This document shows, piece after piece, positions 1 to 14,500 of a stretch of DNA of 64,000 nt; the first letter of the stretch is position 1; the number at the start of each line of letters is the position of its first letter. The notes under the pieces are model-generated. The model ran no database searches. It was not told the origin of the DNA and worked only from the letters and a program-made list of their open reading frames with translations. The position numbers were made by a program, and so were the translations under genes. Location: assembly GCA_964035545.1 (NCBI GenBank), contig OZ037766.1, positions 32,850,773 to 32,914,772 of the forward strand, in the 5' to 3' direction. Source of the DNA: Bugula neritina (lineage: Eukaryota; Animalia; Bryozoa).

Positions 1-3000
1 AAATCAAATAGAATATACTTCAGCTTTCTCCAGCCATGGGTGTAATCAAATATCATAATATAATAAGTGAGAAGTGCATTTAGCAAAGACTGTAGGCAAT
101 ATACAGTCCGTTGACCCTGGCATTTTGCTATAAAGACCACTATCACAGCAGTTTACCACCAGATTAGCTGTCCACTCTACCCAGCTTGCAATGTATACAC
201 TTACCAGTGAATCACTTCTCATGCACTCAACTGATTCCAGAACTATGATAATTCTGCAGTGAATAAACTAGAAGTGGTTGCCAGAAATAAACAAACATTT
301 TTACAATCCACAAACATTATGCAAACCGCAATTCTTTAAAAGTAACTTTCACAACAATAGTATAAATATCTTCTAGGGTAATAAGTCAAAACCCTGAGGT
401 TATTGTATTTATCTCCTAACTGAACTAACTAAACTAACATATCAAGATTTGATTATCACTTTAGAAATCAGTTAATTGAACTCTTTCTTTGTTTTCTCCC
501 TTTTGATAGGACTGATGTGATCATCTTTAACTGTGTTTTTTGAATGAGTAGTGACAGTGTATAGTGAATAAGCTGCATCAAGATACGATCAGATAAAACA
601 TGACTATCAGTAGAATGCTGCTAAAGGCAGCACTCCACTACCGTACAGAGGCATCAACCCTCACAATGAGACGCACTTCATAGGCTGCACTATAAAAATA
701 CAGCTGCAAGCTAAAATATATGTGACCATAGGTTAATGCCATGCAGGTAATGAATGCAATGGTATTGCCTCATTGCCACAAAGATGTGACTTGGGTTGCA
801 GCTGATATCTGCGACTTTATCTGGTAGATTGTAATAGTTTTGAAACAAAGAGACACAAAGGTAGAGCAATATTATCCCTTCCTTTCTGCTTTATAAAATA
901 TATTATCTTAATCTTACTTTGCAGTTAGGGTAGGTTATGCTTTAACAACTACTACGTAACTACAGAAACAAACAAAATCACACTTTCTGTTCACTAAAGA
1001 GCCGGGCATAAACCAAATACCAATACTAATAGTAACAGGCAATATCAACATGAATAGTTTAAACTCCATTTTCATTTTGTCAAAGTTTTAATGCTCTAAA
1101 ATCGAAATAGAAGCTATAGCAACAAATACAACGCGAAATGCAAGAATTAGAAAGGCCATTGTAATCTTATTTTCTTTTTACAAACTCCTATATCACTTAC
1201 CTATATAAAAAGCTAGAGCATATAATTTGGCCATGTATACAAGAAACTAAAAAGATAATATTATAATTATTATAATTATAGTTTTACTTACGGTTCTATC
1301 TGATACTAAATCGCTTATGCACGTGACTCCTTGCAAGTGTAGAGTAAGTATAACATATATTAATATAGTTGCACATTTCTTCATATTTATTGTACACTTC
1401 TGTTTCATTGTCATTATGACCGTTGTTACTTATGTTCCCAAATGAACAGAACTTAATTTCAGTCTTTAACTTCGCTGTTCAGTCACTCAAACGATGAGTG
1501 ATAATGATATGCCGATGCTCCACTCTTTGATATCTCACTCCTGTGTAAGCCGCGATCCTAGCAGAATGACTGAATGAGTATCAATATGAATACGAGTTAT
1601 CAGTTAAGCAGATCTGAATCTGTCAGTGCAATTGTCACTAACTTCACTACTGTCAGTGGATTGGCTCTAGCACCAAAATAGAAGCCATACTCGCTTTGTA
1701 GGTTACTAATAAATTTCAATACTATAATTCAGCGCAGCAGTTGAATGAATAATGAATTACGTAACTTTGTCTATTCAAAGACGGATATAAAGAGCTACTG
1801 ATTAGTTGTTTACCAGCTGCAATAGTGGTTATACAAATGTCGATGACGGTTTTGTTGACTGGTACTGCAATTATAAGCACGTGTTCATGTTATCTTGAAA
1901 CTGTAATTATTGACCAATCATCAAGCGTTGAATTATAGAGCAGACGACAAGATGCTACTGCAGGAATGTTTCACTACTAACACATTTTATTACTTTCTTC
2001 AATCAAGCGAAACTTTAGCCTACAAATTTAAACTGTTTCCTTGTTAAGATACGGGTACTCACTCGCTTTCACCCACACCTTCAAATAAACCGCCTTTCTT
2101 AAAACAAAGGTGAGTTATTAAAGTCTTTGAACTTTATCTGGTAATGAATCAAGCAGCTATTCCTTTGAATCACATAGTCGCAACTCAACGATGATGATTA
2201 CTTGTATACTTGCGTGCTTTGTTGTACTGTAGCCATTACTTAGCTATAGAGTATAAGCTAAGTTGTGGCAAAGGGACACTAAAATTAGAACTCAAGAAAT
2301 ATGATGGTCAACTAGCACAAAAACAACCACTTCCAGGGTATCAATCTGGTTCTGTGAGAAATTATTATTCAGTCTCCAGTTTCTTAGCAGGCTGTACTAG
2401 AACGTAAGAATAAATGGCTTTACATATATCTATTATAAGCCATTCACCCCTGACTCTCATGGCTCAGTGTGCCTTGAATTTCTTACATGCAGCTCCTATA
2501 AAATTAGTTTTGAATTCACTGTCATAAAAATAACAAACCAAACTACAATAAATAATCAAAACAGGCTGAACAAGGCACTATTGCTTCTATAAAAGAGGCA
2601 ATATTTCCTCTACATGGTGAGTAAGTGACATCTGCAGGTAATTCTGCACATACAGCTCATATTATAGCTCGTGATCTAAATGTTCTCAGGCCACAAGGAT
2701 TTCCAGCACTTTTATTCTCAAGAGAGAACAATTCATTTTAAGGAGGTTTTAAAATTGAAATTTGAGAAGCTTTTTCAACCTGAGAGAGAGTGAACTAGCT
2801 GATTCAAGTCAGCCTAGCTGGTATGTGGAGAATTATTATCTAGATTAGACAATATAATCCCATTAGATGCATTAATTTAATCCCTGCATCCTCTCTTTAT
2901 TGCAGATCAGATAGATTACCCTTAGAACTGTGTAGTATGAATTACTGCACTCCTAATCTCCTTTACCATCAGATTAGCTCACTCTCCATGTAATCAGAGC

Positions 3001-6000
3001 AGCCCGTCGCTCAGCTCTGATAATCTAGTATATTCTTCTCCTGCATTGTTACCAGATTGGCTTCCTCGTACCCTAGCTATAAATAAAGCCTCCTTATAGA
3101 CATGCAAGTATTTGTCCAATCTTTCGCGTAGGCTTTGCGTACCTTCCAAGTGTATATTATTGTTTGCCCTGAATTTACTTGCCTAATTCCCAGTGTATCC
3201 ATCTTTAGTGTCAGCGTTTGGAGTAAAATATAATGTGTGAGGTTTTATTAGGTGGAAATGATTGCAATTAGTTGCAGTCAAACTAGCAGTAACTAATTAA
3301 AATACAAAATGTTTGTAGATTTACTATTCAATAATTAAGCTATATTATACAAAACATAACTATAACCATAACTATTATTATCACTGAAATCAGTATAACT
3401 CTTTTTATCATAAGGTCTTTTTTCTTAACATTTCTTAACATTTGGTCTTTTATGGAATTATCCCCTTTTCCTGACTTGCCGCAAAGTTGCTTTAACATTT
3501 GAATTTAATGAAATCATAAACACTTACAATATTATAAATGCTGGAAACTTTCAGCAAATATAAAGATAATTTACAAGGAGATGACAACTCCTAGAATGGA
3601 ACCACTTCAATAGATACTTGGCTAGAATGGTGGAGCTAAGTTTGGATCTCATATAAATTTTCTGGTAGACCATAGAGCTCTGTTCTTATAAATAGCTGTA
3701 TATTGTATATATGGAAAAAACAATGTTTTTAGGAATTATAAAAAACACTATTGCATGACTAATAAAACCCTAATTTGGGCTTGTACAGTTATAAAATATT
3801 TCTTTTATGTAATTTCAGCCTTTAATCCGTTATGAACTATAAAGCAGTTATAAAGAAACTCAACCCTGTATTAATAAAGATTATCTTAAACACACAGTAA
3901 ACCATTATTAAGGAAAAAGTGCTAATCTGTAGCAATTTATACATAAATCTTACAAATTTGCAGCTTGTCTAGTTTTATAACAGGCTTCTTCCTTGTATGA
4001 GTCACTATAATATAATGCTGACATTAGACCTATCAATATGTCAGCAGCATCTGTCAGACAGTCACAAAGTGTCAAGGTGTCAGTCATAAGTTAGGGTAGT
4101 ATTTCACTCGCTAATATTTGATAATCTTTTGGTTAGATGCCTTCTATTTGAGATTATATTTGTATAAGGGAAAGTATGTCGCAATTACATCATGACTATA
4201 CAATGTTGGCCACTGTGACATCACAAAGAGTATTGTGATGATGCAGGCAGTCACTTTTTATGTCATGGAAGGAGTTTAAACTACATATATATAAATTATA
4301 ATGTTTCGGGAATAGGCTGAATGGAAGCAATATGGAGCATTTCTGGTGGCTTCCAAAAGATATAAAATTTTATAACTCAAATAGAGAATATGGGAAAAGT
4401 TTAGCAGAAGTCTTTCTTCCTATTGATAACACATATTATATATTATCTTTTCCATACTATATGCATTATTAGTAAAATAAGAAATTTCTTATGAATACAA
4501 AGCTCTTTCATAATATATATTTCGATGGTTATTATAGTACCAAAAAAAATGACATATGACATAGCAAATAATAAAGACTGCAAGCTTGTAATAACATTGC
4601 AACATATTTGTTATTATTTTAATTTACAGTTATAATGGGATAAGCTGCATAACTATAATATTATGTCAAAATAGTTTCCAGTATACGCCCTGCCTTATGT
4701 AGATTGAGGTATAAATACAGCTTAATGTGGCTGTAAAGTTGCAGTATTAAACTATCATCATTTTACTAAAATAATTGAGGAATTTACAAAATATTTGCGT
4801 GTATACGGCTACACACAGAGCTTTCTTTGTATTTCAACACCGTCTATGTATATTACACAGGTTTTTAATTTGCTATAATTATAATTTTAAAACTGGAATC
4901 TATGGCATAAAGCTGCTCTAACACAGTTCTAACCCGTATCCATGGTAACACAAGAACCTCACCACTTCAAGTTTTTTGCAAAAAACGCTTCATAAGAACA
5001 CAACTTCTTTTGCTAGAATTTTTTCCCAGAAAAACTGCCTTTTAAAATTGTCCAGAGTGGCTTAAACCTCTTATATAAAGTTTAAAGGAGGACATAAATT
5101 CTATCTCTCGAATTTCAGCCCTGGTAGTTCATTGTGCAATACTTGAGACTTGACTGTTTACACTTTTTAAGCAGTATAATTATCATATATAGTATTATAT
5201 TTAACATATATTATCATCATATTTAATGTCTATATATTACTTTTCATCATATAATATAATAATTATACTAAATTTTGCTCAACATATTTACCAAGTTTAA
5301 CTTTTAAATGTTGTGCAGTATAATTCAATTGAGTGAGAAAAGAATTCTGTATATGTACATGAAACTTATAGTTACATAATTTATAAATATAAATAATAGT
5401 TGTTGTAGTATAAAAAACCTTCATTTGTGAACCTTTACAGATGCAGAGTACTGTAGTAGCACTTTTGAGTAATAAATGCAACGATATTTCTACCTGAGCT
5501 CATGTTTAGTCTAGCTCCACCTACTTTGTATGATTAGCAGAGCAATTTAATTATTGACAATAGTTTTGTAAAAATATTTTAGAATGGATTAAAGCTGTTT
5601 TTACTAAAATAATAATACATATTATAATATTATTACTGCACGAGAAACTAGCTTGTTCACAGCACATGTGCATGTGCATATAGTTATTAATTTAATTCAG
5701 ATCCTTGTTAAGTATATATTCTGATCACATCATTGTGCCATATTATTATTTACAGAAATTTAACATATATAATGATGAAATAGCAGTAGATGTAGACTGC
5801 AAACTCATGGGTGTGGTCATCATGGTGAGTATTTAAAAGTTTTATGGTTCCTTGAAGCAAAAAGACCTTTAAACCTATATAATGGTTATATTATACTTAT
5901 ATTAATTTTAAACCATCTAGCAAGTCATGACTTCAACCATGATGTGTATTATTATAGTTTCTTAAGATAAGAAAAAACTTGCAAATAGCCATGTACAACA

Positions 6001-7064
6001 AAAAAAGGAATTTATGGGGAAACCTGTCTGTAGATGAAAAATATGCAAAAAAATAAATTTGACTCTCACGTCAACTATAAAGACTGTATTAAAATACTTG
6101 AATATTAAAATTCTTCTCTCACTGCATCTTAATACAAACTTCTCTGTAGTCAACAGAGTTATGAGTAATAATATGATGCAAAATGAAACTCCTTGAAATC
6201 AGTGAGCAAGTTACATCAGCTCGTGTAATTATGTTATATGCTGATTTGTTTGTATAGATCATCAAATACAGTAAATCTACACTCAATAGGAGTCTGAGAT
6301 CAATTTAGCTTTGAAATTCTCAGATTTCACAATAATGACGAAACAGGAAACTCCTTTCATTTTACCAGAACAGATTGAGTAATCCTAGGTCTGTAATGTG
6401 CTTAAAGAATCCCGACACACTTCATTTATTGCATTGCTGAAATATCTATATATGTACATCATCTTTAGACTCTGTGACGGTTGTATCCTAAAACAAAAAT
6501 GTTTGAGTGTACAACCCTATGGAGATAATATAGCTAAAATATATGTGAATATTATATAATACCGCATAAATAAATTGTGTCAGGAATTCTTTAAAATACT
6601 AATTATTAAATTAACTCTCTTGTTAGCCTGGAGCCACTATTCCTGGGAGTTCCTAGATTGTATCATTACTTTTATGTAGCTATATGGACCATTCCCTCAA
6701 ATCATGCTGGTGGAACTGTGATTTAAGGGCTTTCTAACAGCCTGGCAGAATTTGTGATCAGGTGCTATCCCTATAAAGTTGCCAATTATGTTCTGGTATG
6801 TCTTTACTTACTAAGTCTAGCATTTTATTCTAGGTCAAAATATTAAAGTTTAGGGCAGACAATTTCCTATGCTATAGTCAATCACGCTGGACTCAGTTTT
6901 GATGTACATGATAAGTATCCAGTGAGCAAGTTAGACCATCAGCTAACAGGCTCTGTATACTAGAGGTAATAGCCTATAACAGTCACATCAGGATGATTGA
7001 TGTACTGTCAGCGTTGCTCTGCAGTTAACTGGTAGTTCAGCTTATGTACACGCTTGTCTACCTT

Positions 7065-7258
7065 CCACTAACAGCAACTAGATCTAGCTAGGATAGTATA
7101 TATTAATATACACAGTCCACTAACAGCAACTAGATCTAGCTAGGATAGTATATATTAATATACACAGTCCACTAACAGCAACTAGATCTAGCTAGGATAG
7201 TATATATTAATACACACAGTCCACTAACAGCAACTAGATCTAGCCACAGATAGTATAT
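7065..7258. repeat. 52-bp tandem repeat, ~3.7 copies
   Basis: Unit CCACTAACAGCAACTAGATCTAGCTAGGATAGTATATATTAATATACACAGT starts at 7065, 7117, 7169 and 7221. Confidence 0.9.
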
Positions 7259-7308
7259 TGTGATATATAGTTAGTAATGAGCCCTAGTCTCTAACACCAA
7301 CTCAGTCA

Positions 7309-7788
7309 TATATACTAATATATCACTCTACTAGTGTATATACTAATATATCACTCTACTAGTGTATATACTAATATATCGCTCTATTAGTGTATATACT
7401 AATATATCGCTCTATTAGTGTATATACTAATATATCACTCTATTAGTGTATATACTAATATATCACTCTATTAGTGTATATACTAATATATCACTCTATT
7501 AGTGTACATACTAATATATCACTCTACTAGTGTATATACTAATATATCGCTCTATTAGTGTATATACTAATATATCGCTCTATTAGTGTATATACTAATA
7601 TATCGCTCTATTAGTGTATATACTAATATATCGCTCTATTAGTGTATATACTAATATATCACTCTATTAGTGTATATACTAATATATCACTCTACTAGTG
7701 TATATACTGATATATCACTCTATTAGTGTATATACTGATATATCACTCTATTAGTGTATATACTAATATGTCACTCTATTAGTGTACA
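7309..7788. repeat. 28-bp minisatellite, ~17 copies
   Basis: Unit TATATACTAATATATC(A/G)CTCTA(T/C)TAGTG repeated head to tail. Confidence 0.95.
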
Positions 7789-10700
7789 TGGGTCAGTTGC
7801 TCATATCCTCTGCCCAGTTCGAAGTACGGACAGGTGTTGCCAGTGCTGGCAAGTGCTGGATGCGCACGTTTCTATTATTAAGCTGAATATTTATGGAACA
7901 TTATATCACACATTTTGGCTAATATCTGGCATAAAAATGGTTTATATTTCATCTTACAAAACCAGTTTATAAATTATGTTGTTGTGACTCATCAACTACT
8001 TGGTATATTGAACTAAGCTCTGTACTGCTTACTTTCGAGTGAAAACTTAGATTTTATTCTGTACATTTTATGTATGAGAGGCTTGTCCATGAATTATTTA
8101 TTTCTTATTTAATGAAAGCATACATGCTATGTTACTGTTATATTATATTAATTTAGAAAAAGGATACATTCATGAATTACTGTTTTATCACCACCGGACT
8201 TAGTTACCATTTGGCTATCTAGCTGTATTACAGGATAATGCTATAAATTATATGCAGCCCAGAATAAAGCAAATGAAGATTGATGTGGTAATAAACACTA
8301 ATATATTACATAATGTATGCATATGCAGATTGAAGCAGACTGGAAGCAGCAATAACGCCAGTTTTCCATCCTCTACTCTGAATCTACCTGCGCGCAGGTC
8401 AACATGTGGAGTACTCTATGCAAGCTCTATAAACATGAAAATATTTTGCTGAATAACTTTGTTGCATAGCTTAGTGATTAGTTGGATGTTTAATCAGGAG
8501 TGAATATATACAATAGCTTATCATGTAGGGAACTGAATGTTTGTGTAGAATGATATGCAGTCAACAAGTGACTGTGTGATAAACAGGGGCCCCAGGAGAC
8601 AAAACAGGGCCTCTCCGTACCAGCTGAAGAGGCCCTCCTGTAAATGTATAAACAACTGAAAGGAGTGGGCAATATTCTTACAAAGCTAATGCCAGTAGTG
8701 GATGCAGGTTTGGGAATTAGGGGTACATAGATTATCCTTGCGATGCTTTTATTTTCAGTATAGAATTAATATGAACTTAAATAGCAGCTAATAGCTAGAT
8801 ATAAACAAACCTTCTGCGGGGAATGAAATTTTGATACAGTTTAATATTTTGGCAGAAGAATGGTTGGTTAAAAATAAGGATTAGGATCGTTGCTTTTTAT
8901 TGCTTGCCGATGGTCTGAAAGAAAATTTATTGCTAGCTGTTGGGGAAAATAGCTGGTCATTACTGAAGAAGCAGCTAAAGGAAATACTGTAGCCTCAACC
9001 CCTCATTTTGTTATCTAGCTACGGTCCTGAGATGACCTGAAGAAAACAACACACAGAGGGTCAAAGATCTTATCTCAGAATGCAATCCTGTGTTTCATCC
9101 TGATTGGTGGTCATAATATTTGTCTTCTGCCACAAGGAGTGTGTTTTGCTCATACAGATCACATTGTCTTAACATTTCGTCACTTTAAACAAAGGCTAAT
9201 GTGTTTCATTAGTGTATAGATAAATAGCCAGCCTGAGAGCCATCACAATAGATAGGAGGGGTGCTGACTCACACCCCCAACACTGGTTGTTTATAAGTTG
9301 GATAAACGCAGCACACAGGTTTCATTAATTACTACTACTTGTTTGGTTAGAGTCCATATATTGTGTATATATAGCAGGACTGACTCATAGCTACTCATTT
9401 TCTATTCAGTGTGAATGAGTGAATGACACAGCAGCAGGAGCATACTTACACTGTAAGTACATAGTAAGTAGTTTGTTAACGTACTATGCTTATTGCTGTA
9501 CCTATAGATTTACTTTTTAAGCATGCAAATTGTGATCATAGACATGCATGGATTAAGTTGATAAACTTAAAGGTTATAAAGCTGTGGCTGCCTTCAACAG
9601 TACTCCAAGCATATTTAGCTTTTAATTTTATATTTTTTTCAAAACGTGGGGAACACTAAAAGTAAGTTTAAAATTCTTGAGGAATGAAGGCAGTTTAAAA
9701 CTGATTGCACCATAGTTTACAGTCCGTATGCAAATAAACAAATATTTGCACCAAATTAGTATCAACTTAATAGATTGACAATCCTCCTAGCTATGCTAAT
9801 GCTATTGTTGGTGGAAATGTTTGGGCGGACATGTTAACTTGTTATTAATGCTAATAGCATAAACAGAGCTTCATTATAATGTTGAACTCTTGCAACTTAA
9901 TGACATCAGGAGAAAAGTCCTGTTTTAATTACTAATTTATTTCACCTACACCTCCAGGCTTTCCTTTATAAGATTATTTTGTTTTGTTTTTTTTCAATTA
10001 GGATCTCAGTTAAAGCTTCTAAAAATTATGGCATTTTGTTTGAACTCAGTTGTTTTAAACATACGAATCTCGTAACTGGAGATAGGATATACATTAAGAA
10101 GCTATTATTTAGCTTATGTAATGTCCAGCTGGGTGTTTAATGCTGACATAAGCCCTACAGCTTGTTCTATTAGAATAAGATCAATTACGTGAAGAGCTAT
10201 ATAATACTGTGGTAGCTGGACAAATACAGGAAAGTTGTTTGTTGGTCGTTGGACTTCTATGACTAATTCAGAAAATTATCTGTAGCTCAGAGCATTTTGT
10301 GAGGATGAATTTACGGAAATGATTTCAACCAGGAAATGGGGTACACGAGCACTTTGTTCAAACTTGTTCTAGTGCTATGCCAGCTCCAGTCACTAATTCA
10401 TTTTAATTTAATAGGATTGTCATTTGTTGGAATAACATTAAATATGTGGGGTTAGAATTCATCAGAGTCAAACCAGCATTGCTTCAACTTAATTTGGCAA
10501 AGAAACACACTTTCTGGAATAATGTTGTGTTCTACACCTGAATATCCACTATATTATATAAACGCAGCTCTTGCATCAACCTCAGCCATCATTTGGATAG
10601 AATGTAAATTTTATTTGGTTGCCATTTTTCTTTTTGAGAAAGTTGGAGTAGTTAGTTATTAAGTAAGGGTGCCTTGTTAGCACGTCTCTGCAATAGACTG

Positions 10701-11525
10701 GCGGTTGTAGAAAGGTAACTGGTTGTAACTGCTTGGAAATTAATAGCTTTTAACCATGCTGTCTGGCAGTTAGGGTGTGAGAGGGGGTGAGGGGAAGAAG
10801 GAAAGATCGTATAGGAGTGTTTGGGGTTGAATTATTATTGCTACTAAATCTTCTCTGTTAGCACAGCCTAGAGAAATGACTAGAACCAAAAGTTGAAATA
10901 AGTTATTCCAATACAATGTAACAAAAGAGTTTAAACTCTCAGGCACTTAAAATCCCATGAACCTAAGTTATTAGAGATAAAACTTGGTCACTCTGATTTG
11001 TATGACATCAGCTGTAGACTGCAAGACTGGGCAGAACTTCAAACTGTGGGTTTTTTTTATTGAGATCCTGAAGCAATCTGTCCAACTTTGATTGATAACC
11101 TTTGATCCTATTGGCGTGACTGCGGCTTGTACAGCCAAAAGCACTAAAAATAGTACCTAGCCAGTGTGGGGAGTTTAGTAACAGCCTACAGCGGGTCACT
11201 CAACCGCGAACTTTAGCTCTGTTTAGTTCATTTCTCTTTATCACTCTGTTGGACGTACTCACCGCCAGTGATTGGCTCATTAACTGACACTAGCAGCTGT
11301 TTAACCTCAATCAGCTAACAGAAAATATAGTTTTAGCAGATTGTTCCAGAGTTTTCGTCAGCAATGAATATACTATAAGGTGAACTTTTCCTAGATGTAA
11401 AAAGTGGATTCATTAACCGACAGTGAAGTATTGTATCTCCATTTTAGAGTTAACCCTAGCTGGATTTATAACTACTCCAAGTAGAGTTGCTATTTCCACT
11501 CTCAAACTGACCAAGCAGTCTTAAC

Positions 11526-14500
11526 ATGGAGCTCAATCTACGGAGGCTGCTGTTTCTACTTTGTCTAGAGATATATATTTCTGGTTCTGCTCATGCTGAC
11601 AATCGGCATTATGTAAGTACAGAAAACACAAACTTCTTACTCTTGCTCTCATAGATATAACAGGAATAATCATAATAATAATGTGGTAGGCAGGTGAAAG
11701 CTGAATATGATTATACTAATATTATTATTGTTGTTATTCTCATATGTTTGACAGTGTAATATTATTCGGCTATTAGAGAGCAACTTCTTCTTCTTTACTA
11801 AAACCTGACAAAACAGCTCTGAAAGCAGCAGAAATATAATAACTATAATAGTTATATAATAAACTCTGTGATCACCCACACTGTGAATTCTCTATTTATT
11901 ATGCTGTCCAGGTTAACGGTGAAGTGTGCCTATCATCCCAGTTCTGTGAGAAACAAAATGCCATTAAAGCGCTACAAGTAGAGTTTGGAATGACAGCTGA
12001 AAATGCTACAGACTTCATCGAGAGTCGGCAAATAGAAAGGAGCTGCAGCTGCCTAGACTCATGCGTTTACGTTGGTCTCTGCTGCCAGGACAAAGCAGCG
12101 GAGATTCCTCCACATCTACAGATTCTGGTAAGCACCACCTCTGAACATTCTCATGTTTCAGGTGTCCTTCTTTGGGAAGTAAAGAAGTAGTGTCAAACAC
12201 CTGGTGAAGCAAATGTTCACACCAAAAGTTAGATTAAGTTGACACTAACTTTGATAAATCAAATAAGCTGAACAAAAAAGGTGAACGTTTTCTGATAAGA
12301 ACTTATACCCCAGCATTTCATGACTTCCAGCTAACAACTGATTTGATTCAACATCTCTGTCACTGTCCACAGAGGTTCTACACACTTTGCTCTGGTGAAA
12401 CATTAATTCCATAAATTGACTGTGATATTTATATATCTGTTTTAGTCTGATCGACTGAAAGCTGACAAGAAATCTTATATTTGTGAGGAACAATTAGGAG
12501 AGGATACGGTAGTTATCAACACGTGCCCTCTCTCGGCACCTGTGGTCATGAGACAGAGATGTGCTGAAGGTCAGTATAGTGAGTTATTGCTAGCAGCAAC
12601 GTTTATCAACAACTCAACTTATTCTGGGTCATGTAGACAGCGTGTCAACTACAGGTGTATTAGTTTCACTGTGACATGTGAACCTTGTATACTGCTGATA
12701 GCCTAAAACTCTATATCCTTAATAAACAATGTTGGTGTACCTTAAAGACATAAGAAATCGTATTGATATACTCATTTTACTGTACACAGTAGTGTATGCA
12801 GTAGTGTATACAGTAGTACACACAGTAGTACACACAGCAGTACACACAGTAGTACACACAGTAGTACACACAGTAATGCACACAGTAGTACACACAGTAG
12901 TACATACAGTAGTACACACAGTAGTACACACAGTAGTACACACAGTAGTACACACAGTAGTACACACAGTAGTACACACAGTAGTACACACAGTAGTACA
13001 CACAGTAGTACACACAGTAGTACACACAGTAGTACACACAGTAGTATACACAGTAGTACACACAGTAGTACACGCAGTAGTACACACAGTAGTGTACACA
13101 GTAGTATACACAGTAGTACACACAGTAGTACACACAAAGGTCAACACTAGTTTCATCTGGAATGCAAAGTGTATGATTACTAACTGCTAATGTTTCCTCT
13201 TACAGTAGCTGAGCTAGAGTTGCTCTTCACTAGCAACACATCAAAACTTACTTACAAAAACATCTACTGTGGCCTCTGTAATGGAGAAAACTTTGATGAC
13301 CTAAAGGGCTGGGCCTGGAACTTTGACTGTATTGACAATATTCCCAGTGAATTTTCCTCATCTCTGTCCACTGTGGTGCCTCTGGCCAATCTTACCAACG
13401 TTGGTGAAGACAGTCTTCTCAGCAAAGCTCTGTAAGTTTGCCAGGCATTTCTTACCACAAGTGTGCTTCTTAATTAATTAATTTGTTCACTAAGCTAATC
13501 TTGTGGTCTCCATATGACAAATTGTAAATGACACAAGTCTACAAGCTAATGTAAATTGTTAGGAACAAGAAAGAGAATGATAAATTAGCGTTTAGAATGT
13601 AAATGGAAATGGCTAGTTAAGATTTTCTGTCACTAGTAAAAGTCTACACACCTGTTAGGTTTTATTAAATGATATTTAAATGTATTATGTTGTAGAGCAA
13701 ATTCTTGTTCCATGAATCAGACTATACCTATTATACCTCCTGAAGGTATTGAGGTACACCATGCAATAGGTAGGTGGGCATACGCCATTAGCTCATTAGC
13801 ATGTGTTACAATCGGTATTTTATAGCCGCCATGTTGGGTAGTTTGAAGTAAGTCAAGTTTGAGTAAGTTGGACATTAGTAATATAGCAGTTGATTTTATT
13901 TCTGCAGTATAGATTAGCAACTTGTTTGTAATATCTTGAAATGTAGACAAGTTTATCTCTTGTTCTCTCTTTTTCTCTTAGGATTTAGTGTTGTATCTTT
14001 GGTATCTTGAGTTGAAGAGATGTTGAGAATTATCACTTGTTGTAGGCGTGTACTTGGACAGCATGAGCCTATGTGCAAATCCTCCCATATCCACCTGTCC
14101 AGCCGACTCAACCAGTGAAATTGAATGTAAAACTGGACCAGTTTCTCTCATCACATTCGAAGGAAAAGTCTATCGGAATAAGCACTGTTTTCAGTGTAAT
14201 GAAGGCCTGGCACAGGTTTGCTCATCTTATTTAGTTGATTTAGTGCACTTGAATTGAAAAGGAAAGAATTAGATTTAATCTGAATAAATTGGCGATTACT
14301 GCCTTTAATATTGTGTATATATATATCTACGACTTTATAAGAAGGTTGATTAGTGGATATTTGTATTTGACTTAGAACCAAAGACGTTGAATTTGCATAC
14401 AAGAGGAAATGGGCGTAGCTCACCAAGTAACCAGATTAGGATCAGCGATAATCCCTATACTTATACAACTTGTGACTTTCTTTTAGGAGGATTTGGCTCT

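Noticed and set aside
199-260. Possible small minus-strand exon (CTGCAG...CTG|GTAAGT) of a gene leaving the window
   Set aside because: Only splice-like signals; too short to support.
12719-13190. ORFs of 118-153 aa (VVHT/CTTV/YYCV repeats)
   Set aside because: Translations of a 12-bp intronic minisatellite, open in several frames.
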